Shown here piece after piece: positions 20,740-31,475 of a DNA stretch of 64,000 nt; positions within the stretch are counted from its first letter, which is position 1; each line of letters begins with the position of its first letter. This DNA comes from Alphaproteobacteria bacterium (GTDB lineage Bacteria > Pseudomonadota > Alphaproteobacteria > UBA6615). The notes beneath the pieces are model-generated. The model saw only the letters and a program-made list of their open reading frames with translations. It had not been told where the DNA came from and did no database searches. A program made the position numbers and the translations under genes. The DNA lies in assembly GCA_965261975.1 (NCBI GenBank), contig CBDHEC010000051.1, positions 1 to 64,000 of the forward strand, written 5' to 3'.

Positions 20740-21207
20740 TTAGCCCTTCAGTGCTTGGGCACCGGCGAGAATGGACTTAACGATGTTGTGGTAGCCGGTG
20801 CAGCGGCAGAGGTTGCCCTCAAGCCATTCGCGGACTTCCTGTTCGCTTGGATCCGAGTTCTTCTGAACAAGGTCGAGCGCGCTCATCACCATGCCGGGCG
20901 TGCAGAAACCGCACTGAAGGCCATGGTTTTCGCGGAACGCTTCTTGCATCGGGTGGAGTTCGTCGCCGTTTGCAAGCCCCTCGATTGTGGTCACGTCGGC
21001 GCCTTCGGCCTGGGCCGCCAGCATCGTGCAGGATTTCAGGGATTCCCCATTTACATGCACGACGCACGCGCCGCACTGGCTTGTGTCGCAACCGACATGT
21101 GTGCCGGTCATTCCCAGACTTTCGCGAAGATATTGAACGAGTAGGGTCCGCGGCTCGACTTCAGCCGATACGGACTTTCCGTTCACCGTCATTGATACGG
21201 TGGGCAT
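20740..21207 (-). CDS. coxS: Molybdenum hydroxylase 2Fe-2S subunit
   Basis: [26 protein letters not shown]; RBS GGGAGG. Confidence 0.93.
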   Translation of the reverse strand: MPTVSMTVNGKSVSAEVEPRTLLVQYLRESLGMTGTHVGCDTSQCGACVVHVNGESLKSCTMLAAQAEGADVTTIEGLANGDELHPMQEAFRENHGLQCGFCTPGMVMSALDLVQKNSDPSEQEVREWLEGNLCRCTGYHNIVKSILAGAQALKG

Positions 21208-21368
21208 AACGTTCCTCCCTGTTTCGGGTTGCCCCCTTGTGATCACCACGCGGGTCCCCGCGTGCTGATCCAATTATTACGTCATAAGAGTTTCATCCGC
21301 AGGGCGCGTTGCGTCAAGCCGCAGCACGCCAAATACGGCAGAAAGTATGTAGAAAAGCGTGCTGACGC

Positions 21369-21977
21369 CTAGCCGAACAGCGCATACAGCACGATCGCGG
21401 CCACAACGAGCCCGCTGACCCATGTGCCTGCCCCGACTTGCGACATCGCCGTGACCTGTCCGGCAGTCGCAGCCGGCGCTGCGGGGGCCGCTGTGGGGGC
21501 GGCCTCGGCGGGCGCCTCTTCTGCCGCACCTTCGTCACCATCAGAGACGGCTTCGGCGAAGTTCTCGAAGAACTGCGAGGCCATTTTCTTCGCCGTGCCG
21601 TCGATCAGGCGGGCGCCGAGCTGTGCCAGCTTTCCGCCGACCTGTGCATCGACCTCATATTTGAGGAGCGTCCCGTTGCCGTCTTCCTCGAGTTGCACGT
21701 TGGCGCCGCCCTTGGCAAAACCGGCAGCGCCACCCTTGCCTTCGCCGGAGATGCGATAGCCGTTGGGAGCATCGATGTCGGTCAACTCGACCGCACCGGA
21801 GAATTTGGCCTTCACCGGCCCGACCTTGGCCGTGACCTGGGCCGTGAACGACGTGTCGGAGGTCTGGTCGATTTCCTCGCAGCCGGGAATGGACTGTTTC
21901 AGGATTTCCGGGTCGTTCAACCCGGCCCAGACTTTTTCACGCGATGCGTTGATTTTGTACTCGCCGGACATTTCCAT
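21369..21977 (-). CDS. coxG: CoxG SRPBCC protein with C-terminal membrane anchor
   Basis: LNDPEILKQSIPGC, VGGKLAQLGARLID, Ala/Pro linker, terminal TM. Confidence 0.9.
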   Translation of the reverse strand: MEMSGEYKINASREKVWAGLNDPEILKQSIPGCEEIDQTSDTSFTAQVTAKVGPVKAKFSGAVELTDIDAPNGYRISGEGKGGAAGFAKGGANVQLEEDGNGTLLKYEVDAQVGGKLAQLGARLIDGTAKKMASQFFENFAEAVSDGDEGAAEEAPAEAAPTAAPAAPAATAGQVTAMSQVGAGTWVSGLVVAAIVLYALFG

Positions 21978-22072
21978 GGCGGTGATCCTTATCGGCTAGG
22001 AAGGGTTTCTCAGAAAATAGTCTGCGCCCGCAGGTTGGACAAGCAGTCCTTGGTGATTATGCACATCATGCA

Positions 22073-23278
22073 CTAGTCACGGGTCATACTCTTGCCGATG
22101 AATGTCATGGCCGCAGCGCCGGCGAGTGAGCCCACGCCGATCGTCACGAAGCCGAGAAACCAGGCTGTCTGTGAGGCCTGCCCGCCGGCTGCATCAAGGA
22201 CCAGGCCGACAGCCAATGGTCCCAAGAACCCTGCCGTGAAGCCGAAAAGGGAATGCACCGCCAGTGTCAGGCCGCGATAACCGGGTTCTGCTGCCTGGGT
22301 CGCGCCCGCGGTGAGCGAGCCGGAATCACCCATGATCAGTCCGCTGTAGACAAAGAACAGGACCACCACGACGGACAAGGGAAGTCCGGGGCTCAAGCCC
22401 ATCAGGAGCGCGGCAACGAAGGACGAAAGCATGGCCAACCTGACCACACGCCGACGCCCGAAACGTTCGCACAGTTCATTGCCCCCGAGGCTTGCCGCGA
22501 CCGCCGCGAGATTGGCCAGTGCGGCGATGACCGCGGCTTCCGCGTTCGCCGCACCGCCGCTTTTCTCGCTGGCAAAAACGAGAAACGCGACGATCCAGCC
22601 CCGCAGGGCAAACAGTTCCCAGGAATGACCCGCATAGCCGAGCATGTACCCCATCGCCGCGCGGTTGCGCAGAACCGGGCGAAAATCGAACGTGCCGGTC
22701 GGCGGACGTTCTTCGGGCAGTGGTGGGCGGGCGACCATGCAGATCCCGACGATGAGTGCCGCGAAGACGGGACCGACGGCAGCGATCCCGAACGCCCACG
22801 GCCAGCCGAACAGCGACCCGAGTATGCCGTTCATCGCAAATGAAACCCCGGCGCCGACGGAGAAACCGGCCGTGTAGATCGCGACGCCCCGTGATGGCAC
22901 GGGCGACGGCAGCCGGTCGGTGAGCACCTTTAGTCCGGTCATATATGTGCCGCCCACGCCCGCACCCTGGATTGCGTTCCACGTCATCGCCGACCAGAAA
23001 CCGTCGGCCAGCAAGGCGAAACCGCCGAGCCCGAGGGCCGATAACATCAGGCAGGCGAGATAGATGCGGCGCGAATCGATTCGGTCGGTCCATGGGACGA
23101 TGACCGCGACCGCGAGCACATAGCCGGCGAAGTAGATTCCGCTAATCCAGCCGGCTTGCGTGTTGTTGAGGTTCCATTCTGCCTGAAGCGGCAACAGCAA
23201 GGCAGGGAAGGCGGCGAACCCGGTCATGCTCGCGACATGGGCGGCGAACATGACGGTGATGGTGCTGGCCGGCGGCAT
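22073..23278 (-). CDS. Major facilitator superfamily transporter
   Basis: About 12 TM helices; motif-A-like WTDRIDSR and ERFGRR loops. Confidence 0.85.
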   Translation of the reverse strand: MPPASTITVMFAAHVASMTGFAAFPALLLPLQAEWNLNNTQAGWISGIYFAGYVLAVAVIVPWTDRIDSRRIYLACLMLSALGLGGFALLADGFWSAMTWNAIQGAGVGGTYMTGLKVLTDRLPSPVPSRGVAIYTAGFSVGAGVSFAMNGILGSLFGWPWAFGIAAVGPVFAALIVGICMVARPPLPEERPPTGTFDFRPVLRNRAAMGYMLGYAGHSWELFALRGWIVAFLVFASEKSGGAANAEAAVIAALANLAAVAASLGGNELCERFGRRRVVRLAMLSSFVAALLMGLSPGLPLSVVVVLFFVYSGLIMGDSGSLTAGATQAAEPGYRGLTLAVHSLFGFTAGFLGPLAVGLVLDAAGGQASQTAWFLGFVTIGVGSLAGAAAMTFIGKSMTRD

Positions 23279-23302
23279 GCGGGGGATTATATCCCGCGCC
23301 CG

Positions 23303-23704
23303 TCAGTCGGGGTACGTGGCGTCGCGTTTGCCGGAGTGCAGGTCGGCCGTCGGTGTCCCGGCCAGTCGCCGCCCGTCGGCGTCGTACTTGTCCGCGAGTT
23401 CATCGATACTGGTTTCAGACCAGAGTTCTGCTCGCGACAGGTAAGCCGCGCGGCCGAGCAGGTGCGCGGCGACCGGCGCCGTGAGCAGCAGGAAGCCAAG
23501 GCCCGCGATCGCGCGGGTAATGACCCCCAGATCGTGGGAATCGACCGCGATGGCCAGCAGCACGAGCCCCGCCCCGAGCGTGCCGGCCTTCGTCGCGGCG
23601 TGCATGCGTAAGAAGATATCGGGTAGCCGGTACAGTCCGATCCCCGCGATAAGAGAAAACACGGCCCCGATCAGGATGATGATTCCGGCGACGAGATCGA
23701 TCAT
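23303..23704 (-). CDS. mrpG: Na+/H+ antiporter subunit G
   Basis: RLPDIFLRMHAATKAGTLG, TAPVAAH. Confidence 0.92.
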   Translation of the reverse strand: MIDLVAGIIILIGAVFSLIAGIGLYRLPDIFLRMHAATKAGTLGAGLVLLAIAVDSHDLGVITRAIAGLGFLLLTAPVAAHLLGRAAYLSRAELWSETSIDELADKYDADGRRLAGTPTADLHSGKRDATYPD

Positions 23705-24030
23705 GTCTCGCCTCCCGTGCCTTCGGTGGGGTGTTTGTGGTGCTCCTGGAGCGCGCTGCGGTAGACATAGCGCGCAAAGGCGACAGTCGCGAGAAAGCCG
23801 ACCAACGCAAGCGCAATCGCCACGTCGAGGAACGCATACTCCCCGGTGGAGATCGAGAACAGGCCGATAAAACCGATTCCGAGCAGCGCCAGCATGTCGA
23901 GGGCGACCACCCGATCGGCAGGGGTCGGCCCGCGCAGCAGGCGGTATACGGTCAGCGCGAAGGAGACGATCATCGCGCCATAGGCGAACAGGATCGACCA
24001 GTCGAGAAAGCGTGCGCCGAATTCTTCCAT
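23701..24030 (-). CDS. mrpF: Na+/H+ antiporter subunit F
   Basis: RLLRGPTPADRVVALD, GFLATVAFARY. Confidence 0.9.
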   Translation of the reverse strand: MEEFGARFLDWSILFAYGAMIVSFALTVYRLLRGPTPADRVVALDMLALLGIGFIGLFSISTGEYAFLDVAIALALVGFLATVAFARYVYRSALQEHHKHPTEGTGGET

Positions 24031-24034
24031 GGTC

Positions 24035-24505
24035 CTACTCCAGCGCCTCGCGGATCCGGCGTTCGAACCCGTTTCGGATGTCGGCCCGAAGTGCGTCCGC
24101 GTCGTCGACGTCCATCGCGTGAATGTACAGCGTGGATCGGTCGGTCGAGACATCGACGCTCAGGGTGCCGGGGGTGAGGGTGATCAGGTTCGCGAGCAAC
24201 ATGATGCCGACCGGGCTTTCGAGTTCCAACGGGAAGGCGACGATCGCCGGCCGGAACTCCATGCGTGGCGATAGCGTGTCGCGGGCGACCCGAAATCCCG
24301 AGAGTGCCAGCTCGTAGACGAACAGCGCGATGAGCCGGAGGATTCGAAAGGGCCGGTAGAAGTTGTGCTGGTCGAACCGTTCGCGCACGATCCACAGGCA
24401 CAGGAAGGCGAGAACGAAGCCGAAGATAAGGTTGCTTGGCGAGAAGCTGTTGGTGACAACGCCCCAGATCAGCGCCAGCACGATATTGAAGACAAGCAGG
24501 TTCAT
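24035..24505 (-). CDS. mrpE: Na+/H+ antiporter subunit E
   Basis: LANLITLTPGTLSVDV. Confidence 0.92.
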   Translation of the reverse strand: MNLLVFNIVLALIWGVVTNSFSPSNLIFGFVLAFLCLWIVRERFDQHNFYRPFRILRLIALFVYELALSGFRVARDTLSPRMEFRPAIVAFPLELESPVGIMLLANLITLTPGTLSVDVSTDRSTLYIHAMDVDDADALRADIRNGFERRIREALE

Positions 24506-26070
24506 CGCGGCGCCTCCGTGCTCTCAGCATCTGCCGCGGCGGTCTGCGCCGTGTTTCCGAGCACCGCCTCGATATAGGCGTCGGGCGCCAGCAGCTCCGC
24601 GGCTGCACGCTTGGACATGTCGACAACGGGCGCCGAATAAACACCGATGACGAAGGTTAGAGCCGCCAGCGCGCCCAGCGAGCCTTTCAACAGGACGCCG
24701 TCGTTGGCAGGACCGACCGCGGCGGTTTCCGACGAGATGCTCCGCGCGTCACCCGCCGCCTCGCGCCAGAACACCAGTGCGAAAATTCGTCCGACCAGCA
24801 TCAGCGTCAGGAACCCGGAGACGAGGACGCCGGCGACGATGGCGTATTCACCCGTCTGGAGGCCAGCCTGGACCAGGTAGACCTTGGGCCAGAAGCCGGC
24901 CAAAGGCGGCACGCCGGCCAGCGAAAGGCCGCTGATCAGGAACGCCACGGCGAGGAAGGGGGCCCCCTTGTAGAGGCCCGCGAGGTCAGCGATCCGGGTG
25001 CCGCCGCCGGCCCGCGCCACCATGCCCGCCGCCATGAACAGCGCCGCCGATACGATGATCGAGTGGATGACGTAGAAGGTGGTGCCCAGCAGCGCGAGTT
25101 CGGTCCCGATGGCCAGGCCGCCAACCATGACCCCGACGCCGCTGATGACGGTATAGGAAACGACCCGACGGATATCCGCTTCGGCCAGCGCACCCAGCGC
25201 GCCCACGATCATGGTCGCGACCGCGACCCAGACCATCGCGTCTCGGGCGATCTCCCCGCCATCGGGGAACACGATCATGAACACGCGCACCAGTGAGTAA
25301 ACGCCGACCTTGGTCAGCAGGGCCGCAAAGATCGCCGATACGGTCGGCAGCGGCGTGTGATAGGCCGCCGGCAGCCAGAAATGGAGCGGGAAGAGCGCCG
25401 ACTTCATGCCCAGCGAGACCAGGAAGAGAAGCGCTACGGTTTCGATCGGCGCGCCGGCCGGCAGGGCCTCGACCTTGCCGGACAGGTCGGCCATACTCAG
25501 CGTGCCGGTCATGCCGTAGAGCAGCGCAATGGCGATGAGCAGGAGCGTGGTCGCGAGCAGGTTGAGGAAGGCGTACTTCACCGCGCCGTCGAGCTGCACG
25601 CGACGCCCGCCCAGAACCATCAGCCCGAATGACGAAATCAGCGTGATCTCGAACCAGACATAGAGGTTGAAGATGTCGGCGGTCAGGAACGCGCCGGAGA
25701 CGCCCATGACCAGCGCCAGCAGCAGCGGAATGATGCCGGCGCGGCGGTGCTCGATATCCGTGTCGGCGAGGCCATATACCAGGATTATCAGTGCAACGGC
25801 GCTGGCGGCGGCGGTGAGCGCTGCGCCCAGCGTGTCGGCGGCCATTGCGATCCCGAACGGGGCGGGCCATCCGCCCATGGACATGGCGATAGGCCCGTTC
25901 GTCCAGACATGGCCGAGCAGGGCCAGGCTCGCCACCAGTTGCAGGGTAACCGCAATCAATCCGATCGCACTTTGGGCGTTCGAACGTCCCCACATCGCGA
26001 TCGCGAGCGAGGCGCCGATCAGCGGAATCGCGATCGGCCAGACGAGGAGCCAAGCTGCCATATCAGACAT
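24502..26070 (-). CDS. mrpD: Na+/H+ antiporter subunit D
   Basis: GGWPAPFGI, DIFNLYVWFE, KSALFPLHFWLP, LTKVG. Confidence 0.92.
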   Translation of the reverse strand: MSDMAAWLLVWPIAIPLIGASLAIAMWGRSNAQSAIGLIAVTLQLVASLALLGHVWTNGPIAMSMGGWPAPFGIAMAADTLGAALTAAASAVALIILVYGLADTDIEHRRAGIIPLLLALVMGVSGAFLTADIFNLYVWFEITLISSFGLMVLGGRRVQLDGAVKYAFLNLLATTLLLIAIALLYGMTGTLSMADLSGKVEALPAGAPIETVALLFLVSLGMKSALFPLHFWLPAAYHTPLPTVSAIFAALLTKVGVYSLVRVFMIVFPDGGEIARDAMVWVAVATMIVGALGALAEADIRRVVSYTVISGVGVMVGGLAIGTELALLGTTFYVIHSIIVSAALFMAAGMVARAGGGTRIADLAGLYKGAPFLAVAFLISGLSLAGVPPLAGFWPKVYLVQAGLQTGEYAIVAGVLVSGFLTLMLVGRIFALVFWREAAGDARSISSETAAVGPANDGVLLKGSLGALAALTFVIGVYSAPVVDMSKRAAAELLAPDAYIEAVLGNTAQTAAADAESTEAPR

Positions 26071-26446
26071 CGCGGCCTCGCATCGGTTGGGTTTCGGGTA
26101 CCGGTTCGGCGATCCGCATTTCGTCGGTTTCGACGGTGTCGAGGGTGCGGTAGGTGCGGCGCGACAGCACCAGCAGGAACGCGAACAGCGAGAAGCTGAT
26201 TACGATGGCGGTCAGGATCAACGCCTGGGGCAGCGGGTTGGCGATGCCGACTTCGGCGGCCTTGAGTCCCTTGTCGATCAGCGGCGGGCTCTCGCGGGTC
26301 AACCGCCCCGACACGAAAATCAGCAGGTGTGTCGCGTTGCCCAGGACAAACACGCCCAGGATCAACCTGATCAGCGAGCCCGACAGCAACAGGTAGACGC
26401 TGATCGCGAACAGGAGGCCGACGAGGATGGCGAGAATCGTTTCCAC
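26063..26446 (-). CDS. mrpC: Na+/H+ antiporter subunit C
   Basis: NPLPQALILTAIVISF. Confidence 0.92.
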   Translation of the reverse strand: METILAILVGLLFAISVYLLLSGSLIRLILGVFVLGNATHLLIFVSGRLTRESPPLIDKGLKAAEVGIANPLPQALILTAIVISFSLFAFLLVLSRRTYRTLDTVETDEMRIAEPVPETQPMRGRDV

Positions 26447-26859
26447 TATTCACGCCCCTGGAGAGCGAAGGCAATGCCGGCAATCGCGCCGACCACAACC
26501 AGGTAAACCCCGACGTCGAACAGCACGACAGTGGACGCGAGTTTCATATCGGGGGCGAAGGAAGGGAACCACCACTGGCCGGTCAGGAATGCGTCGCCGA
26601 ACAGGATCGACACCACCCCGCTGAGCGCGGCCAGCAGCAGGCCGGTTCCGGCAATCGCGATGGGCTGGACCACGAGTGCGCGCCGCGCCGCGGCCAGCCC
26701 CTCGGCGATGGCATAGATCGCAAATGCCGACGCGCCGATCAGCCCGCCGATGAAACCGCCGCCCGGTTCGTTATGGCCGCGCAGCAGCACGTAGATCGAG
26801 AACAGAAGCATCAGCCCGGCAAGAAGCGGCGTTGCGGTTCGCAGGATCAACGAATTCAT
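26446..26859 (-). CDS. mrpB: Na+/H+ antiporter subunit B
   Basis: [24 protein letters not shown]. Confidence 0.92.
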   Translation of the reverse strand: MNSLILRTATPLLAGLMLLFSIYVLLRGHNEPGGGFIGGLIGASAFAIYAIAEGLAAARRALVVQPIAIAGTGLLLAALSGVVSILFGDAFLTGQWWFPSFAPDMKLASTVVLFDVGVYLVVVGAIAGIAFALQGRE

Positions 26860-29183
26860 GACGTTTTTTCCGCGTCGCTGTTGGTCGATTTATCCTCGTT
26901 CTCGCGCCCGGTGATCGCGTATAGCGCCAGTACGGACACGCCGGCGATCGTGACCACCGCGATCTCGCCCAGGGTATCGAGGGCGCGGAAGTCGACCAGG
27001 ATCACGTTCACGATGTTGCGGCCGAAGGCTTCCGTGTAGCTGCGCTCGCCGAAATAGGCACTCAGGCTGATGTCGAGCGGCGCCCCGGTGATCGTCAACA
27101 GCAGCGCCGTCAGCGCTCCGCCGACAGCCACGGCGATCGTGGTGTCGCGGGCCACCTGAAACGGGCTGCGACGGTCAGATCCGAATACCGGCAGGCGTGT
27201 GATAACCAGGGCGAGGATGACCACCGACAGGGTTTCGACCATCAACTGGGTGAAGGCCAGGTCCGGCGCGCCGAACAGGAGGAACACGAAGGCGACCCCG
27301 ATGCCCATGATGCCCATGGACATGATTGCGATCAGCCGCGATCTGATGAGCACCACCGCGAGACCACCGCCCAGTGTGAGCAGCGCCACGGACCAAACCA
27401 GCAGGTCGACCGGCGGTGTCTGGAATGTCACACCGATACCATCGAACAGCTGCGGCAGCACGAGCGCGGCCGCCAGCACCAGTAAGGTGACCAGCATGTA
27501 GGTTCGCAGGATACCGGTCTGCAGTGCGCGCGAGACACCGCGGGCCATGGCGATAATGGCATCCATAAACTGGTCAAAGCCCTTGTCGGGTCCCCAGAGA
27601 GGGTCGATCAGACGGGCCAGGGCATCGCTCGCGCGCCGGCCCTGCCAGAACAACAGCGCACCGATGGCGACGGTGATGATACTGACGACGACCGGGGCCT
27701 TGAAGCCGCCCCAGAGGTAGAGGTCGACCTTCATTGCCTGCCCGGCGACCGCGATGGCGGCGGGGCCGACGAAAAGGCTCTCGGAGATGTTGCTGAACAG
27801 GCCGAAGAACAGGCTGAGCACGGCGAGCGTCAGGGCGCCGATCCACAGGCCCAGTGAACCTTCATGCGGCTTGTGGGGCGTGTCGCCCGGCTTGCCGAAG
27901 AACGGCTTGAAGCCGACCAGGAAGGCGACAGCGAACATCAGCGCGTTGCCGGTGATCGCGACCGCGGTCAGGACAAGCGGCAGGCTGCCATCGAGGGTGC
28001 CCTTGTAGACCCATTCCTTGGCGATGAAACCGAAGAAGGGCGGCAGCCCGGACATGGACAACGCGGCGAGCGCGCCGGCCGTTGCGGTGAACGGCATTAT
28101 GCGTCCCAGGCCTGACAGGCGGTGTAGGTCGCGCGTGCCGGTCCCGTGGTCGACAGAGCCGGCGACCATGAACAGCGCGCCCTTGAACATTGAATGCGCA
28201 AACAGGTAGGCCATCGCCGCCTGGATCGCATAGTCCTCGCCGATGCCGATGAGGAAGACGAGGAGGCCGAGGCTTGCGACCGTCGTCTGTGCGAGCATCA
28301 GCTTGAGGTCGGTATTGCGCAGCGCGAGAATCGCACCGGCGATCAAGGTCGCACCGCCGAAGACCATCAGCACGACATGCCAGATCTCCGTCCCGCCGAG
28401 GCCCGGGTTCATGCGCGCCAGCAGATAGACGCCGGCCTTCACCATTGTGGCGGAGTGCAGGTAGGCGCTGACGGGTGTCGGCGCCTCCATGGCGTTGGGC
28501 AGCCAGAAATGGAACGGCACCTGGGCCGACTTCGTGTACGCGCCACAAAGCACCAGGATCAGGATCGCCAGGTACCACGGGTGTTCACGCAGCACGTCAC
28601 CGTCGGCGAGCAGTGTTGACAGTTCCATGGCGCCGCCGGCCTGGGCCATCAGAAGCAGCCCTGCGAGCAGTGCGAGCCCGCCGCCGCCGGTGACGACCAG
28701 TGCCTGTAATGCGGCGCGGCGCGAGCGAGCCTTGTCATGATTAAAGCCGATCAACAGGAACGAGGTAATCGAGGTCAGTTCCCAGAAGACGAAAAGGCTA
28801 ACCACGTTGTCGGACAGCACGAGCCCCAGCATCGAGCCCATGAACATCAGCAGGAACATCATGAACCGGCCGAGATCCACATGCCCCTTGAGGTACGCGC
28901 CGGCGTAAAGAACGATGAAGGTGCCAATGCAGCTGATCAAGAGCGCGAACAGCAGGCTCAGCCCGTCTACATAGAAAGACAGGGCGATGCCGAGCGATGG
29001 AATCCATTCGGTGGAGAAGGAGAGCGTCTCGCCGGCCGCGACGGGCCCGAGGAACTGCGCGAAGTAAAGGGTAAGCCCAGCCGGCAAAACGGCGAGCACC
29101 CACCCGGTATAGTCGCCGGCGAGCCGGCGCACCGTCGGTGCGCAAATACCCAGAACGAAAGGTGCAAGCGTCGCAGCAAGCAT
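26856..29183 (-). CDS. mrpA: Na+/H+ antiporter subunit A
   Basis: [52 protein letters not shown]; start chosen at ATG 29183 (GGAGG upstream), GTG 29261 is an alternative. Confidence 0.92.
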   Translation of the reverse strand: MLAATLAPFVLGICAPTVRRLAGDYTGWVLAVLPAGLTLYFAQFLGPVAAGETLSFSTEWIPSLGIALSFYVDGLSLLFALLISCIGTFIVLYAGAYLKGHVDLGRFMMFLLMFMGSMLGLVLSDNVVSLFVFWELTSITSFLLIGFNHDKARSRRAALQALVVTGGGGLALLAGLLLMAQAGGAMELSTLLADGDVLREHPWYLAILILVLCGAYTKSAQVPFHFWLPNAMEAPTPVSAYLHSATMVKAGVYLLARMNPGLGGTEIWHVVLMVFGGATLIAGAILALRNTDLKLMLAQTTVASLGLLVFLIGIGEDYAIQAAMAYLFAHSMFKGALFMVAGSVDHGTGTRDLHRLSGLGRIMPFTATAGALAALSMSGLPPFFGFIAKEWVYKGTLDGSLPLVLTAVAITGNALMFAVAFLVGFKPFFGKPGDTPHKPHEGSLGLWIGALTLAVLSLFFGLFSNISESLFVGPAAIAVAGQAMKVDLYLWGGFKAPVVVSIITVAIGALLFWQGRRASDALARLIDPLWGPDKGFDQFMDAIIAMARGVSRALQTGILRTYMLVTLLVLAAALVLPQLFDGIGVTFQTPPVDLLVWSVALLTLGGGLAVVLIRSRLIAIMSMGIMGIGVAFVFLLFGAPDLAFTQLMVETLSVVILALVITRLPVFGSDRRSPFQVARDTTIAVAVGGALTALLLTITGAPLDISLSAYFGERSYTEAFGRNIVNVILVDFRALDTLGEIAVVTIAGVSVLALYAITGRENEDKSTNSDAEKTS

Positions 29184-29588
29184 CGGTCGTACGTTCCTCC
29201 CATCTCCCCGGACGTCGATACCGTCGTTTACCGCGTCGGCGTCGTGCACGCCGCTTTTCACGGCTTTTTGTGCACCAGGCAGTCGCGGGACGATCGCGTT
29301 TTTCGCGCTATCGGCAATCGCGCGGCGAAGGGTATCGCCGACCGGGCTTTGCGGGACCGCCTCCGGGCCCGCGAACCAAGATCATCTAATTTACCTAAAC
29401 GCTCAGGGCAAGACCCGCACAGCCGATATTTGAAGATTTTCGAGGGCTTGCACTGCCGCGGCCGTGTTCCCGAACTCCTGTGTGCAGATCGAAAAGGATT
29501 TCCGGCGCTCTTCTTCCTCGAAATTTTCCAGGCCTAAAAACACCGCCCATCTGGCCTTTGGGGCGTTCTAGGCTTAAATCATCGACTT

Positions 29589-31475
29589 ATGTCGGGGCAC
29601 AGACGCACATCAGAACCGGTTATCGAGGCGCCTGAACGTCGTTCGGGCGCGGAGGTGCGCGCTATTCGTGCACTCGCTCCGTATCTGTGGCCGAAAGGTC
29701 AGCTCGAGATGCGTGTACGGGTGTCGATCGCCATGGTGTTGCTCGTGGCGGCCAAGGTCGCGACAGTGGCCGTCCCGGCACTGTTTGGTATGGCCGTCGA
29801 TGCGCTGGAAGCCGATGCCACCGGCGCTGCTGTTGCTGTCCCGGTGTCGCTCCTCGTGGGCTACGGGCTGCTTCGCGTGGGCCAGCAGGGATTCGCCGAA
29901 TTGCGCGACTTCGTCTTCGCGAAGGTCGGGCAACGGGCCATCCGATCGATTGCGCTCAAGGTCTTCCGGCATTTACACGGGCTGGCGCTGCGCTTTCACA
30001 TGGACCGGCAGACCGGCGGCCTCAGCCGCGCGATCGAACGGGGCATCAAGGGCATCGATTTCCTGCTGCGCTTCATGCTGTTCAATATTCTGCCCACGCT
30101 GGTGGAAATCGGGCTCGTCTGCGCCATTCTGTGGTCGCTGTTCGGCTTCATCTTCAGCGCGATCACTTTCGTGACGGTGGTGATCTACATCATCTTCACC
30201 CTGTCTTTCACCGAGTGGCGCCTGAAGTACCGGCGCGCGATGAATGACAGCGATAGCGAGGCGAACACCAAGGCCATCGACAGCCTGCTGAACTTCGAGA
30301 CGGTGAAGTATTTCGGCAACGAGACCCATGAGGCCCAGCGATACGACGTATCGATGGAACGGTACGAAAAGGCGGCGGTCAAAAGCCTGACGACCCTGTC
30401 CCTGTTAAACGTGGGTCAGGGCCTCATCATGGCACTTGGCATGACGATCCTGCTGGTGCTGTCGGGCTTCCGGGTGGCGGACGGGGCGATGACCGTGGGG
30501 GCGTTTACCGCTGTAAACCTCTACATGATGCAGTTGTTCCAACCCCTTAATTTTCTTGGGTTTGTATACCGGGAGATCAAACAGTCCCTGGTGGATATGG
30601 AGCAAATGTTCGGGCTCCTGGAGCAGAACCGGGAGATCGAGGATGCGCCCGATGCGCGTGCGCTGGCCGTCGATGATGGTGTGGTGCGTTTCGAGCACGT
30701 TTCCTTCCAGTACGACCCGCGCCGGTCCGTCCTCAAGGATGTGAGCTTCGAGGTGCCTGCGGGCAGTACGGTGGCCATCGTAGGGGCATCGGGTGCGGGC
30801 AAATCGACGATTTCGCGTCTGCTGTTCCGCTTTTATGACGTGGCGGACGGCGCGATTACCATCGACGGACAGGATATTCGTTCGGTCACGCAAGACAGCC
30901 TGCGTGCGGCGATCGGGATCGTTCCCCAGGACACCGTGCTGTTCAACGATTCCGTCTTCTACAACATTCAGTATGGCCGCCCATCGGCCAGCCCGGCGGA
31001 GGTCGAGGAAGCGGCGCGGCTCGCCCAGGTCCATGACTTTGTCATGAGCCTGCCCGACGGGTACAACACGCGGGTCGGTGAGCGCGGCCTGAAGCTGTCT
31101 GGTGGCGAGAAACAGCGCGTCGCGATCGCGCGAACCATCCTGAAGGCGCCGAAGATTCTGCTATTTGACGAGGCAACATCGGCACTCGATACCCATACCG
31201 AGCGGGAGATCCAGGCGGCCCTTGAGCAGGTCTCGGCCGACCGCACGGCATTGGTTATCGCGCACAGGCTCTCGACGGTGGTGAACGCCGACGAGATCAT
31301 CGTCCTCGATCAGGGCATCATCATCGAGCGCGGGCGCCATGATGAGTTGCTGGCGCTCGATGGCGCCTACGCAGAACTCTGGCGCCGCCAGCAGGCGGCC
31401 GCCCAGCGCGAGGAAGAGATCGCGGCTGACTTGGCCGACGGGGTCTTTATTCCCGCCCCCGCAGAGCAGAGCTAG
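29589..31475 (+). CDS. atm1: ATM1-type ABCB exporter (permease + ATPase)
   Basis: RQTGGLSRAIERG, IDSLLNFETVKYF, GASGAGKST, LSGGEKQR, DEATSALD. Confidence 0.92.
   Translation: MSGHRRTSEPVIEAPERRSGAEVRAIRALAPYLWPKGQLEMRVRVSIAMVLLVAAKVATVAVPALFGMAVDALEADATGAAVAVPVSLLVGYGLLRVGQQGFAELRDFVFAKVGQRAIRSIALKVFRHLHGLALRFHMDRQTGGLSRAIERGIKGIDFLLRFMLFNILPTLVEIGLVCAILWSLFGFIFSAITFVTVVIYIIFTLSFTEWRLKYRRAMNDSDSEANTKAIDSLLNFETVKYFGNETHEAQRYDVSMERYEKAAVKSLTTLSLLNVGQGLIMALGMTILLVLSGFRVADGAMTVGAFTAVNLYMMQLFQPLNFLGFVYREIKQSLVDMEQMFGLLEQNREIEDAPDARALAVDDGVVRFEHVSFQYDPRRSVLKDVSFEVPAGSTVAIVGASGAGKSTISRLLFRFYDVADGAITIDGQDIRSVTQDSLRAAIGIVPQDTVLFNDSVFYNIQYGRPSASPAEVEEAARLAQVHDFVMSLPDGYNTRVGERGLKLSGGEKQRVAIARTILKAPKILLFDEATSALDTHTEREIQAALEQVSADRTALVIAHRLSTVVNADEIIVLDQGIIIERGRHDELLALDGAYAELWRRQQAAAQREEEIAADLADGVFIPAPAEQS

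Noticed and set aside
9567-31475. Convergent genes sharing a CTAG stop palindrome (9567-9570 and 31472-31475)
   Set aside because: Ordinary 4-bp convergent overlaps in compact genomes
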